Shown: positions 23,748 to 35,176 of the stretch, in pieces
Position numbering within the stretch: the first letter of the stretch is position 1
Layout of the letters: every line of letters begins with the position of its first letter
Source: Anaerolineales bacterium
GTDB taxonomy: Bacteria > Chloroflexota > Anaerolineae > Anaerolineales > UBA11579
Length of the DNA stretch: 64,000 nucleotides
Reading direction: 5' to 3'
Assembly: GCA_019637675.1 (NCBI GenBank)
Contig: JAHBVE010000003.1
Location: 79,696-143,695, forward strand
Translations under genes and position numbers: made by a program
The notes under the pieces: generated by a model
The model's database searches: none
Told to the model about the DNA's origin: nothing
What the model saw: only the letters and a program-made list of their open reading frames with translations

Positions 23748-25196
23748 CTAGAACAGCGAGGCCGCCGCCGCGATCGCCCAGTTGTAGCCCGGCGCAATAA
23801 TCACGCCCAGGATCAGCACCAACAGCACACTCGCCACGATCGCCACCCCGTGTGCGCGCACCACCGGCACCGGCTCTTCGCTCTTGGGCTGGCCCAAATA
23901 GACCTCTTTCAGGACGATGAGGTAGTAGTACAAGCCAATGATCGAGGCCAGTACACCCACTACCGCCAGCCACACGAAGCCAGCCTCCACCGCCGCGGCG
24001 AACACCAGTACCTTGGCAATGAAGCCGCCCAGGGGTGGGATACCAGCCAGCGACAGGAACGCCAGCAGCAAGACCAACGCCAGCATCGGCGAGCGGCGGC
24101 TCAGGCCGGAAAAATCTTCGATCTCATCCGAGCCGACGATGCGCGAGACAATGATCACCACACCAAAGCTAGCCATGTTCGTAACCACGTACACCAGCAG
24201 GTAGTACATCACGCTGGCCACGCCCAACTCAGAGGCGGCCACCACGCCCAGCAGGGCATAGCCGGCATGTGCAATGCCAGAATACGCCAGCAGGCGCTTC
24301 AGGTTCTTCTGGGTCAGCGCCACCACGTTACCAATGAACATGGAAGCCACCGCCAGGATGCCCAGCATCAGCTGCCAGTCCGCCAGAATGTTCGGGAAGC
24401 TGGCCAGCATGACCCGCACCAACACCATGAAACCAGCCGCCTTGGACGCAGTGGAAAGGAACGCGGTCACCGGGGTAGGCGCTCCTTCGTACACATCCGG
24501 AGCCCAGAAGTGCATCGGCACGATCGCCACTTTGAAACCCAAGCCCAGCAGCACCAACACCAGCGTGCCCACCAGCACCGGGCCAGGCACCGCACCCGCG
24601 CTGATGGCACCCGCCATCGCATACAGGTTGCTGGTGCCGGCAAAGCCGAACAGCAGGCTGAAGCCGTACAGCATCACCGCCGTGGTCATGGCGCCGAACA
24701 GCAGGTACTTGAAACCCGCCTCAGTCGACTTATTGTCGCCGGTCATGAAGCCGGCCAGAATATATAGAGGGATGGAGGTCGTCTCGATCGCCAGGAACAG
24801 CATCACCAGATCGGCCGAGGCCGCCATCAGGGTCATACCAATTGTGGAGGTGAGTACCAGCAGGTAGTACTCGCCCTTCAGCCATACATCTTCCAGCTTC
24901 ACGCTCAACAACACCGTAATGAACGCCGCAAAGATGAACAGCAACTTGGCCACATACGCCAGCATGTCGTGGCGCAGCATGCCGCCCCACACCAGCTCGG
25001 CGCTGCCACCCGGGTTGGCGAAGAGCAGGGTCAGCACGAACGTAGCGGCCAAACCCACGCCGGTCAACACGGCCAGAATGCCGCGGCGCATATCCGGCAG
25101 CACCAGATCAACAATAAAGACGATCGCCAAAACCACCAGGAGAGCGATCTCCGGCAGAATGGCCAAAATCATGTCAGGGGTAATGGTGCCAAACAC
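23748..25196 (-). CDS. nuoN: NADH-quinone oxidoreductase subunit N
   Basis: A 482-aa antiporter-like polytopic protein in the last position of the nuo block. Confidence 0.85.
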   Translation of the reverse strand: MFGTITPDMILAILPEIALLVVLAIVFIVDLVLPDMRRGILAVLTGVGLAATFVLTLLFANPGGSAELVWGGMLRHDMLAYVAKLLFIFAAFITVLLSVKLEDVWLKGEYYLLVLTSTIGMTLMAASADLVMLFLAIETTSIPLYILAGFMTGDNKSTEAGFKYLLFGAMTTAVMLYGFSLLFGFAGTSNLYAMAGAISAGAVPGPVLVGTLVLVLLGLGFKVAIVPMHFWAPDVYEGAPTPVTAFLSTASKAAGFMVLVRVMLASFPNILADWQLMLGILAVASMFIGNVVALTQKNLKRLLAYSGIAHAGYALLGVVAASELGVASVMYYLLVYVVTNMASFGVVIIVSRIVGSDEIEDFSGLSRRSPMLALVLLLAFLSLAGIPPLGGFIAKVLVFAAAVEAGFVWLAVVGVLASIIGLYYYLIVLKEVYLGQPKSEEPVPVVRAHGVAIVASVLLVLILGVIIAPGYNWAIAAAASLF

Positions 25197-25198
25197 AG

Positions 25199-26674
25199 TT
25201 ACGCGCCTCCTACCAGGGCCAGCACAGCTTCTACACCATGCTCAACCATGGGAACAATCACACCCGGGAAGATACCAATTGCGATCATGATGACGCACAA
25301 AATGCCCAAGGCCAGTTTCTCAGAGATCTTGATGTCGTGCATGTGGCCTTCCAACGCGGCCGGCAGCTCACCGAAGAACACCTTGCCCACCGCCCGCAGA
25401 ATATAGGCCGCCGTCACCGCAATAGAGATCGCCGCTATGATGGCGATCCACGGCGTATCGCGCCACACCCCCATGAAGATGGGGAACTCAGCCACAAAGC
25501 CAGAGAAGCCCGGCATACCCATCGACACCAAACCGCCGATGATGAACGCAATGCCCGCGAACGGCATGATCTTCATCATGCCGCCCAGCTCGGGGATCTG
25601 GCGAGTGTGCGCCTGGTCATAGATCATGCCGACCACCGCGAAGAACAGCGCCGTCATCACACCGTGTGACACCATCTGGATGCTGGCGCCTACCAAACCG
25701 TCATGGTTGAGCGTCGCCAGACCCATTGCCACCAGACCCATATGCGAGACCGACGAATAGCCGATCATGAACTTGAAGTCGGTCTGCGTCATGGCGATGA
25801 AAGCGCCATAGACTACATTCACCAGCGTCAGCAGCAGGATCCACCACATGTGGAACTGGGCGCCCTCGGGCATCAGCATGATGCCCACCCGCAGCGCCGC
25901 AAACGCGCCCAGCTTCATCAGCACGCCGGCATGGAACATCGAGACCGCCGTGGGGGCGGCCACGTGGCCAACCGGGCTCCAGTTATGGAACGGGAAGATG
26001 CCGCCCAGCACCGCGAAGCCAAAGAACACGAACGGGAACCACAGCTTCTGGAACTCAGGCGAGAAGTTGGCGTTTTGCAGCGCCAGAAAGTCGAACGTGT
26101 TGAGCCCGGAGTTGAAGTACATCGCCAGCACACCCACCAGGGCGATCACCGAGCCAATGAACAAGTACAGGGTCAGCTTCATCGCCGCGTATTCACGCGC
26201 CTGCTTCCAACCCCATAGGGCGATCAGCAGGTACATCGGGAACACGGCGATCTCATAAAAGAAGAACAGGGCGAACAGGTCCAGCGCCACGAATACACCG
26301 AACACACCGCTCGCCAACAGGAACAGGAACGCGAAGAATTCACGCGGGCGGTCATCGATCCGCTGCGAAATGATCACGCCGGTAAAGATCACCACGCCGG
26401 TCAGCAGCACCAACGGGGCGGCGATGCCATCTACGCCCACGTGATAAGAGATGCCCAATTGCGGCAACCAGTCATACTTCTCAACGAACTGGAAGGTCTC
26501 CCCAGTGGCATCAAAGCCCACATACACCACAATCGACAGCAGGAACGTCACCAGGGCGATCGCCAGGGCGAAGCTGTAGATCAGTTTGTGATTCTTGGGC
26601 GGCAGGAACAACATCACCACGCCAGCCAGAATGGGGAGTAAGACGATTGCGCTTAGGATAGGAAAGCCCATCAA
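25199..26674 (-). CDS. nuoM: NADH-quinone oxidoreductase subunit M (copy 2 in operon order)
   Basis: GISYHVGVDGIAAPLVLLT and WLPDAH-type segments; 491 aa. Confidence 0.85.
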   Translation of the reverse strand: MMGFPILSAIVLLPILAGVVMLFLPPKNHKLIYSFALAIALVTFLLSIVVYVGFDATGETFQFVEKYDWLPQLGISYHVGVDGIAAPLVLLTGVVIFTGVIISQRIDDRPREFFAFLFLLASGVFGVFVALDLFALFFFYEIAVFPMYLLIALWGWKQAREYAAMKLTLYLFIGSVIALVGVLAMYFNSGLNTFDFLALQNANFSPEFQKLWFPFVFFGFAVLGGIFPFHNWSPVGHVAAPTAVSMFHAGVLMKLGAFAALRVGIMLMPEGAQFHMWWILLLTLVNVVYGAFIAMTQTDFKFMIGYSSVSHMGLVAMGLATLNHDGLVGASIQMVSHGVMTALFFAVVGMIYDQAHTRQIPELGGMMKIMPFAGIAFIIGGLVSMGMPGFSGFVAEFPIFMGVWRDTPWIAIIAAISIAVTAAYILRAVGKVFFGELPAALEGHMHDIKISEKLALGILCVIMIAIGIFPGVIVPMVEHGVEAVLALVGGA

Positions 26675-26681
26675 TTCACCT

Positions 26682-28238
26682 TTAGCCGAACAATGCTACG
26701 ACGGCTTGATTGATTACGTTGAGCAGCCAGGCCGGCCAAAAGCCCAGCCACAGCATCAGCACCACCAGCGGCGCCATCACCAACAGCTCGCGGCCGTTGA
26801 TCTCCGAAATATGGCCCTTCCATTCTTCGTTCAGCGGGCCGTGCAAAGTCTTGGCGATCCCTTTCAGGATATATGCGCCGGTGAAGAACAGACCGATCAT
26901 GCTGATGGCCGTGTACGCCGTAAAGATCGGCCAGGCGCCACGCACCACCAGGAACTCGGACACGAAGCCGTTCAAACCGGGCAAGCCCAGCGAGGCCATC
27001 GAGCTCAGGATCAGCAGTGCGCCATACAGCGGCACCAGCGGGAACAGGCCGCCGAACTTCTCGAGGTCTCGCGTATGCGTGCGCTCGTAGATCACGCCCA
27101 CCAAAAAGAACATGGCCGCCGCCGAAATGCCGTGGTTGAACATCTGCAGCACCGCGCCGTTCATGGCGATCGTGGCGCTCTCGGTGCCGGCCGCATAGGC
27201 CGCCGCGGCAATACCCAGCACCACAAATCCCATATGGTTCACGGAGGAATACGCCACCAGGCGCTTGAAGTCCGTCTGTGCCCAGGCCGAGAGGGCGCCG
27301 AACACGATCGCCGCCGTGGCCAACAGCGCCAGCACGCCCGCATACTGCTGGGCCTGCTCAGGGTACAGCGGCAGCACCAGGCGCAGGAAGCCATACGCGC
27401 CCAGCTTCAGCAGCACGCCGGCCAGGATCATGGAACCGGCCGTCGGCGCCTCAGTGTGCGCATCCGGCAGCCAGGTGTGGAACGGCCACACCGGCACCTT
27501 GATCGCGAACGCGATCGCGAAGGCCCAGAAGGCGATGCTCTTGACCGTGGCCACCGGCAGGCCGAACAGCGTGCCTTGCAGCGCCGGCCAGCTCTGGAAG
27601 ATGGCGATCAGGTCAAAGGTGCCCGAGACGACACCGATCATCTGAATGGCCAGCAGCAATCCCAACGAGCCGGCCATGGTGTAGATCATGAATTTGAACG
27701 AAGCGTAGCGGCGGGCCGGCACCTTCATGCCGTTCCACAACTCACGCTCGCCCTTGGCGCTGCCCCACTGGTCGATCAGGAAGAACATCGGCACCAGGCC
27801 GATCTCCCAGAACACAAAGAACAGCAGCAGGTCCAGCGAGAGGAACACGCCTAGCATGCCGGTCTCCAGCGCCAGGAACAAGGCCATATACGTCTTGACC
27901 TTCTCCTCAACGCTGAACGAAGCCAGAATGGCGATCGGCGTCAGGATCGTGGTCAGCAGCACCATGCTGAGCGAGAGACCATCGATGCCCAGGTGATAGT
28001 TGGAGTTGATCGCGCTGTACCAAACCGTCTGCTCCTGGAAGCGGAAGCCATCCACCACCGGGGCAGCTTCAAAGCCGAACCAGGCCAGCAGCGTCAGCGC
28101 CAACGGAACCAGGCTCAGCACGAACGCCACCCGCCGGGCAAGATTTTTGCTCTGGCCGGGCAACAGCAGCACGATCAGGGCCGCTGCCAGCGGGCTGAAC
28201 AAGATCAATGAGAGAAGATGCGAATTCAAAAAGTCCAT
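26682..28238 (-). CDS. nuoM: NADH-quinone oxidoreductase subunit M (copy 1 in operon order)
   Basis: NYHLGIDGLSLSMVLLT and HTWLPDAHTEAPTAGS. Start at MDFLNSHLL, 10 nt after the nuoL stop. Confidence 0.85.
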   Translation of the reverse strand: MDFLNSHLLSLILFSPLAAALIVLLLPGQSKNLARRVAFVLSLVPLALTLLAWFGFEAAPVVDGFRFQEQTVWYSAINSNYHLGIDGLSLSMVLLTTILTPIAILASFSVEEKVKTYMALFLALETGMLGVFLSLDLLLFFVFWEIGLVPMFFLIDQWGSAKGERELWNGMKVPARRYASFKFMIYTMAGSLGLLLAIQMIGVVSGTFDLIAIFQSWPALQGTLFGLPVATVKSIAFWAFAIAFAIKVPVWPFHTWLPDAHTEAPTAGSMILAGVLLKLGAYGFLRLVLPLYPEQAQQYAGVLALLATAAIVFGALSAWAQTDFKRLVAYSSVNHMGFVVLGIAAAAYAAGTESATIAMNGAVLQMFNHGISAAAMFFLVGVIYERTHTRDLEKFGGLFPLVPLYGALLILSSMASLGLPGLNGFVSEFLVVRGAWPIFTAYTAISMIGLFFTGAYILKGIAKTLHGPLNEEWKGHISEINGRELLVMAPLVVLMLWLGFWPAWLLNVINQAVVALFG

Positions 28239-28248
28239 GAGGTCCCGT

Positions 28249-30408
<2,160 letters not shown>

Positions 30409-30717
30409 TTACCACTTCATCAAGTTGATTTCGTCCGCAGCCACGGTCTTGCGGCGGCGATAGATGGAAATAACCAGGGCCAGACCCACCGCCACTTCAG
30501 CCGCGGCGATGGCGAATACGATCACCACAAACGCATGCGCAGCGATCAGGTCAGGCGTGAAATAGCGCCAGAAAGCCACCAGGTTGATGTTCACGGCGTT
30601 GAGCATCAGCTCCACGCCCATCAAAATAGCCACGGCGTTCTTGCGGGCCAGCACACCATACAGGCCGATGCAGAACAGCAGGGCGGCCAGCACCAGGTAC
30701 CAGGAAAGCGGGATCAT
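30409..30717 (-). CDS. nuoK: NADH-quinone oxidoreductase subunit K
   Basis: 102 aa with three TM helices and AAAEVAVGLAL. Confidence 0.9.
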   Translation of the reverse strand: MIPLSWYLVLAALLFCIGLYGVLARKNAVAILMGVELMLNAVNINLVAFWRYFTPDLIAAHAFVVIVFAIAAAEVAVGLALVISIYRRRKTVAADEINLMKW

Positions 30718-30725
30718 AGCGTCGC

Positions 30726-31241
30726 TTACTTACCTTTCTTCTGCGGGCGGGCCACCATCAGCGCGCCCACCAGGGCCGCCAACAGCAATACCGAAGCCAC
30801 TTCGAACGGAATAACAAAGCCTTCGGGGGAGACCAGGGCCACGCCCAGCTCAGCCGCCAGATCGCGGCTGGTGTCGATCTCGCCCGCCAGGCTGGCCACC
30901 GCCGGCCACTGGCCGATCAGGATGATCAGGCCAAAGGCGAACAGGGCCGCCAGCAGCAGCGCCCAGCCGTAGTTCTTGTTCACCGGCGCTTCTTCAATAA
31001 CATCGCCGCGGGTAAGCATTACGGCGAAGATCATGATGATCGAGATCGCGCCGATGTACACCAGCACCTGTACCACCGCCAGGAAACCTGCATCCAGCAG
31101 CACAAAGATGATCGAGACGCCGAACAGCGCCAGGATCAAATAAAAGGCGGCGTGCACCAGGTTCTGGCGTGTCACCATCATGAAAGCCGCCCATAAGATC
31201 AGGCCGGCCGTGAAAAGAAAAACACCTTGCATTGCAGTCAT
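30726..31241 (-). CDS. nuoJ: NADH-quinone oxidoreductase subunit J
   Basis: AVVQVLVYIGAISIIMIFAVML. Confidence 0.85.
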   Translation of the reverse strand: MTAMQGVFLFTAGLILWAAFMMVTRQNLVHAAFYLILALFGVSIIFVLLDAGFLAVVQVLVYIGAISIIMIFAVMLTRGDVIEEAPVNKNYGWALLLAALFAFGLIILIGQWPAVASLAGEIDTSRDLAAELGVALVSPEGFVIPFEVASVLLLAALVGALMVARPQKKGK

Positions 31242-31268
31242 GCGTTTGGCTCCATCACAAAAGGCACG

Positions 31269-32459
31269 TTACGGCTGGACCGCACGCGCCTCTGGGCGTT
31301 TCTTGAAGACTTGGCGCTCGCGGCGCGCCTTGCGAGACATGATCCGCACCAGCACCCAGCTCAGCGCCAGCACTGCCAGATTGCCTGCCAGCAGGGCAGG
31401 CACCCGCAGGGCCGTCTCGGCGAATAGCTTGTCCAGCACCGCCGTGGCGATCAGCAAAGCCAGCGAGATCGGCGTCAGCACCTTCCAGTTCAGGTCCAGC
31501 ATATGGTCAATGCGGATGCGCGGCAGCGTGCTGCGCACCCACATCACAATGAAATAGCCGATGCTCGACTTCGCCATCAGGTACACAACACCCAGGATCG
31601 GATACTGCTCCGCGCCCGGGCCGCGCCAGCCGCCCAGATACAGAATGGCGAACAGCACACCCACCGTGAAGGCATGCAGGAACTCAGCCGCGAAGAACAG
31701 GCCGAACTTCATGCCGGTGTATTCGGTGTGATAGCCGGCCACAATTTCGGACTCGGCTTCGATAAGGTCGAACGGGGTGCGGCCAACCTCAGCGATCGAG
31801 GACACCAGGAAGATGACGCCTGCCACCGGGGCCAGCACAATGAACCAGGTGCTTTGCATCTCCACCACGGTCATCATGCCCATGCTGCGCGCCAGCAACA
31901 CCGGCACCAGCAGGGTCAGCAGCATCGGCACTTCGTAAGAGATCAGCTGCGCCACGGCGCGGAAGGCGCCCAGCAGCGCGTATTTGTTATTAGAGGCCCA
32001 GCCGGCCATCAGGATCGAGAGAATGCCGAACGACCCCACCGCGGCGATGTACAGCACACCCACGTTCAGGTCCGTGCCGATCCACCCCGGGGCAAACGGG
32101 ATCACAGCCCAGATCAGCAGCACCGCGATCATCGAGACGATCGGGGCCAGGTTGAAGGTCAGCTTGTCCGCCTTCTCAGGGATGCTGTCTTCCTTAGTAA
32201 GTAGTTTTACGATGTCAGCGATGGTCTGCAGCAAGCCATACGGGCCGGCCCGGTTGGGGCCAATGCGGTCCTGGAAGCGGGCCGCCACTTTGCGCTCCAG
32301 CCAGATCAGGAAAATTACCAGGATCAAGCCGAAGGACGAGACCACCACCACGCCAATGATGGTGCTGATCAGGGTGGCCCACGCCTCGGGCAGCAGATCA
32401 GCCAGCAGGCCGGTCAGCCACTCGTTTGCTACAAGGATCGGGTTGCTCCAAAAAGACAT
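31269..32459 (-). CDS. nuoH: NADH-quinone oxidoreductase subunit H
   Basis: WLERKVAARFQDRIGPNRAGPYGLLQ and GRTPFDLIEAESEIVAGYHTEY. Confidence 0.92.
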   Translation of the reverse strand: MSFWSNPILVANEWLTGLLADLLPEAWATLISTIIGVVVVSSFGLILVIFLIWLERKVAARFQDRIGPNRAGPYGLLQTIADIVKLLTKEDSIPEKADKLTFNLAPIVSMIAVLLIWAVIPFAPGWIGTDLNVGVLYIAAVGSFGILSILMAGWASNNKYALLGAFRAVAQLISYEVPMLLTLLVPVLLARSMGMMTVVEMQSTWFIVLAPVAGVIFLVSSIAEVGRTPFDLIEAESEIVAGYHTEYTGMKFGLFFAAEFLHAFTVGVLFAILYLGGWRGPGAEQYPILGVVYLMAKSSIGYFIVMWVRSTLPRIRIDHMLDLNWKVLTPISLALLIATAVLDKLFAETALRVPALLAGNLAVLALSWVLVRIMSRKARRERQVFKKRPEARAVQP

Positions 32460-32516
32460 TCGTTATCCTCTATCTGTGCAATAAAAAAGGCTGTTAAGCA
32501 GAAGCTGCAGCAGCCT

Positions 32517-32873
32517 TTAGGACCATTCCAGGGCGCCCTTGCGCCAGGCGTAGAAAAGCCCCCCGGCCAGGATCAGGATGAAGATCACGCCTTCGATCAC
32601 CGCGAACATCGGCAGCACGCCGTAAGCCACCGCCCACGGGTACAGGAACGCAGTTTCAATATCAAAGATCAGGAAAACCAGGCCATAGATGTAGTACTGC
32701 ACCTTGAACTGCACCCAGGTGTCGCCCACGGTCTCCATACCGCACTCATACGTCTCAAGCTTGATGTGGTTGGGCTTGCTGGGGGCCAGGATCCGCGCAA
32801 TTACGATCGGCAAAAGAGGGAAAACTCCCGCAATTGCAACGAACACGCCAATAAAAAGCCAGTTTTGTTCCAT
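32517..32873 (-). CDS. nuoA: NADH-quinone oxidoreductase subunit A
   Basis: KLETYECG and [14 protein letters not shown]. Confidence 0.9.
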   Translation of the reverse strand: MEQNWLFIGVFVAIAGVFPLLPIVIARILAPSKPNHIKLETYECGMETVGDTWVQFKVQYYIYGLVFLIFDIETAFLYPWAVAYGVLPMFAVIEGVIFILILAGGLFYAWRKGALEWS

Positions 32874-32944
32874 GCGTATTGGGTCTCTTTGTCCTGATTA
32901 CCGCAAAAAAGATTCAACTTGCGGCAGATTTACAGATAAACCGC

Positions 32945-32953
32945 ATTGTAACA
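32945..32953 (-). promoter_or_regulatory. Candidate extended -10 (TGtTACAAT) promoter for the nuo/atp membrane block
   Basis: The minus strand reads tgttacaat about 70 nt upstream of the nuoA ATG. It is immediately followed by ggtttatctgtaaatctgccgc, another ATCTG-type motif. Confidence 0.4.
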
Positions 32954-33088
32954 CAAGTGCACCGTTTGTGCATCTTTCCGCAATCAAACCTCAAATCATT
33001 GACAAGCAAACCCAGAATCCGCTCGTTTCGCTCAACTATGTATATTCAGCCTGAGGGCAATCTCACCCCATCCGTTAATCCAACGCTC

Positions 33089-33112
33089 CCCTCTCCCTTA
33101 TAAGGGAGAGGG
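33089..33112. repeat. 24-nt perfect palindrome
   Basis: ccctctccctta|taagggagaggg. Confidence 0.9.
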
Positions 33113-33353
33113 CCGAGGTAAGGGAGATAAAGGAGCAAGATGAAGATCAGCTACCCAGGTTTCTTTCAACCGGAGTTTGCGCAGCAAACTCCAAGCGCCG
33201 CAAAGCGGCGCAGCACCCCCCACCCCCACACATAAAACGAACAACATCTTTACCTTTGCCTGGGATACCGCGCCAGTTCGCAAACTCAGCCAGCTCGTCT
33301 TTGCGAGGCGCAGGCTTGCGCCGCAGGCGCAGCAAGCCAGTGCAGGCGCAAAG

Positions 33354-33377
33354 TTGTTAGTTGTTAGTAGTTGTTAG
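33354..33377. repeat. Three copies of TTGTTAG
   Basis: ttgttag ttgttag tag ttgttag, about 110 nt upstream of the ALDH gene. Confidence 0.85.
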
Positions 33378-33487
33378 TGAACACCCCCACCCCATCAAAA
33401 CATAATAACTTTTGGCGGGGGTGAAAGCGGCTGGGCTATACTTCCATTATCCGAAGTATCCCTAGAACGCATCAAGGAGCGAACAGA

Positions 33488-35068
33488 ATGTCAAAACCGG
33501 GCGAATTCAGACTCACCTATGCCACCATGTATGACCCCCCGGAGGATCTGCACACCCGCTTCGAGGCTGCCATTGCCAAAGTAAAAGGCAACCTGGGCCA
33601 GGAGCACCCCATGTTCATCAACGGCAAAGATGTGCGCGCCGCCGCCAAGTTCGAAGACCGCTCCCCCATCAACACTGACTGGCTGCTGGGCACCTTTCAG
33701 GAGGCCACCGCCGCCGAAGTCGCCCCCGCCATGGAGGCGGCCTACGCCGCCTCCAAAGACTGGGGCCGCCGCCCCTGGCAGGAGCGCGTCGCTCTCGTGC
33801 GCAAAGCAGCCGACCTCATCACCGAGCGCATCTTTGACCTCGCCGCCGTCGTCTCCATCGAGGTAGGCAAGAACCGCATGGAAGCCCTGGGTGACGTGTC
33901 CGAAGCGGCCGACTTCTTCTATTTCGCCTGTGACCAGATGGAAGCCAACAACGGCTACATCAAGCCCATGGGCGTAGACCCGCTCAAAGGCTACAAAGCC
34001 ACCAACACCAACCGCCTGCGCCCCTACGGCGTATGGGTCGTCATCAGCCCCTTCAACTTTCCCTTCGCCCTGACCGCCGGCCCGGCCGGCACCGCCCTGG
34101 TCGCCGGCAACACTGTGGTCATGAAGCCGGCCGAGGACACGCCCTGGGCCTCACGCCTGCTGGCCGAGGTCTTCCGTGATGCCGGCTTCCCGGATGGCGT
34201 GGTCAACTACGTCACCGGTGACGGCGCCGTCGCCGGCCAGGCCCTGGTGGATGATCCCCGCACGGCCGGGCTCACCTTCACCGGCTCCTACGATGTAGGC
34301 ATGCACATCTACCGCACCTTTGCCAACGGGCGTTACCCGCGCCCCATCCTGCTCGAGATGGGCGGCAAGAACCCCGTCATCATCTCCCGCAATGCCGACC
34401 TCGAGCGCGCCACTCAGGGCCTCTACCGCTCGGCCTTCGGCCTGCAGGGCCAAAAGTGCTCGGCCGGCTCGCGCATCTATATTGAAGAGCCGGTCTACGA
34501 TGCGCTGCTTGAGAAGCTGGTCTCCGTCACCAAAACCCTCAAGATCGGCGACCCCACCCTCAAAGACACCTTCATGGGTCCCGTCATCAACCAGGGTGCC
34601 TACAACAACTACAAGGGCTGGGCTGAGGATCTCTCCCAGAACGGCGCCATCGCCACCGGCGGCCGCGTCCTCACCGAGGGCGAGCTGGGCAAGGGCTACT
34701 TCTGCGAACCCACCATCGTCACCGATGTGCCCACCAGCCACAAGCTCTGGAAGCAGGAGATGTTCCTGCCCATCACCCTGGTGCACAAGATCAAAAGCCT
34801 GGACGAGGGCATGGCCCTCGCCAACGATGTCGACTTTGGCCTCACCGCCGGCTTCTACGGTAGCGCCGATGAATCCAAGTGGTTCTTCGAGAACATCGAG
34901 GCCGGCGTCACCTACGCCAACCGCCCGCAGGGTGCCAGCACCGGCGCCTGGCCCGGCTTCCAGCCCTTCGGCGGCTGGAAGGGCTCCGGCTCCTCCGGCA
35001 AGGGCGCCGGCGGCCACTACTACCTGCCGCTCTATATGCATGAGCAGACCAACACCGTCATCGAATAA
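33488..35068 (+). CDS. Aldehyde dehydrogenase family protein, likely L-glutamate gamma-semialdehyde (P5C) dehydrogenase
   Basis: LEMGGKNP (catalytic Glu) and GQKCSAGSR (catalytic Cys). The 526-aa length and N-terminus resemble single-domain P5CDH enzymes. Confidence 0.75.
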   Translation: MSKPGEFRLTYATMYDPPEDLHTRFEAAIAKVKGNLGQEHPMFINGKDVRAAAKFEDRSPINTDWLLGTFQEATAAEVAPAMEAAYAASKDWGRRPWQERVALVRKAADLITERIFDLAAVVSIEVGKNRMEALGDVSEAADFFYFACDQMEANNGYIKPMGVDPLKGYKATNTNRLRPYGVWVVISPFNFPFALTAGPAGTALVAGNTVVMKPAEDTPWASRLLAEVFRDAGFPDGVVNYVTGDGAVAGQALVDDPRTAGLTFTGSYDVGMHIYRTFANGRYPRPILLEMGGKNPVIISRNADLERATQGLYRSAFGLQGQKCSAGSRIYIEEPVYDALLEKLVSVTKTLKIGDPTLKDTFMGPVINQGAYNNYKGWAEDLSQNGAIATGGRVLTEGELGKGYFCEPTIVTDVPTSHKLWKQEMFLPITLVHKIKSLDEGMALANDVDFGLTAGFYGSADESKWFFENIEAGVTYANRPQGASTGAWPGFQPFGGWKGSGSSGKGAGGHYYLPLYMHEQTNTVIE

Positions 35069-35107
35069 CCCAGCGGGTTTCCCCCGCACTCAGCGATCGC
35101 ATTCATA

Positions 35108-35131
35108 CTGGCGCAGCCTAGGCTGCGCCAG
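35108..35131 (+). terminator. Palindromic hairpin after the ALDH gene, a probable terminator
   Basis: ctggcgcagcc ta ggctgcgccag followed by tacactttt. Confidence 0.5.
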
Positions 35132-35176
35132 TACACTTTTGCGCAACCCACCCTGCACAGAAAGCAAACCTCTGCG

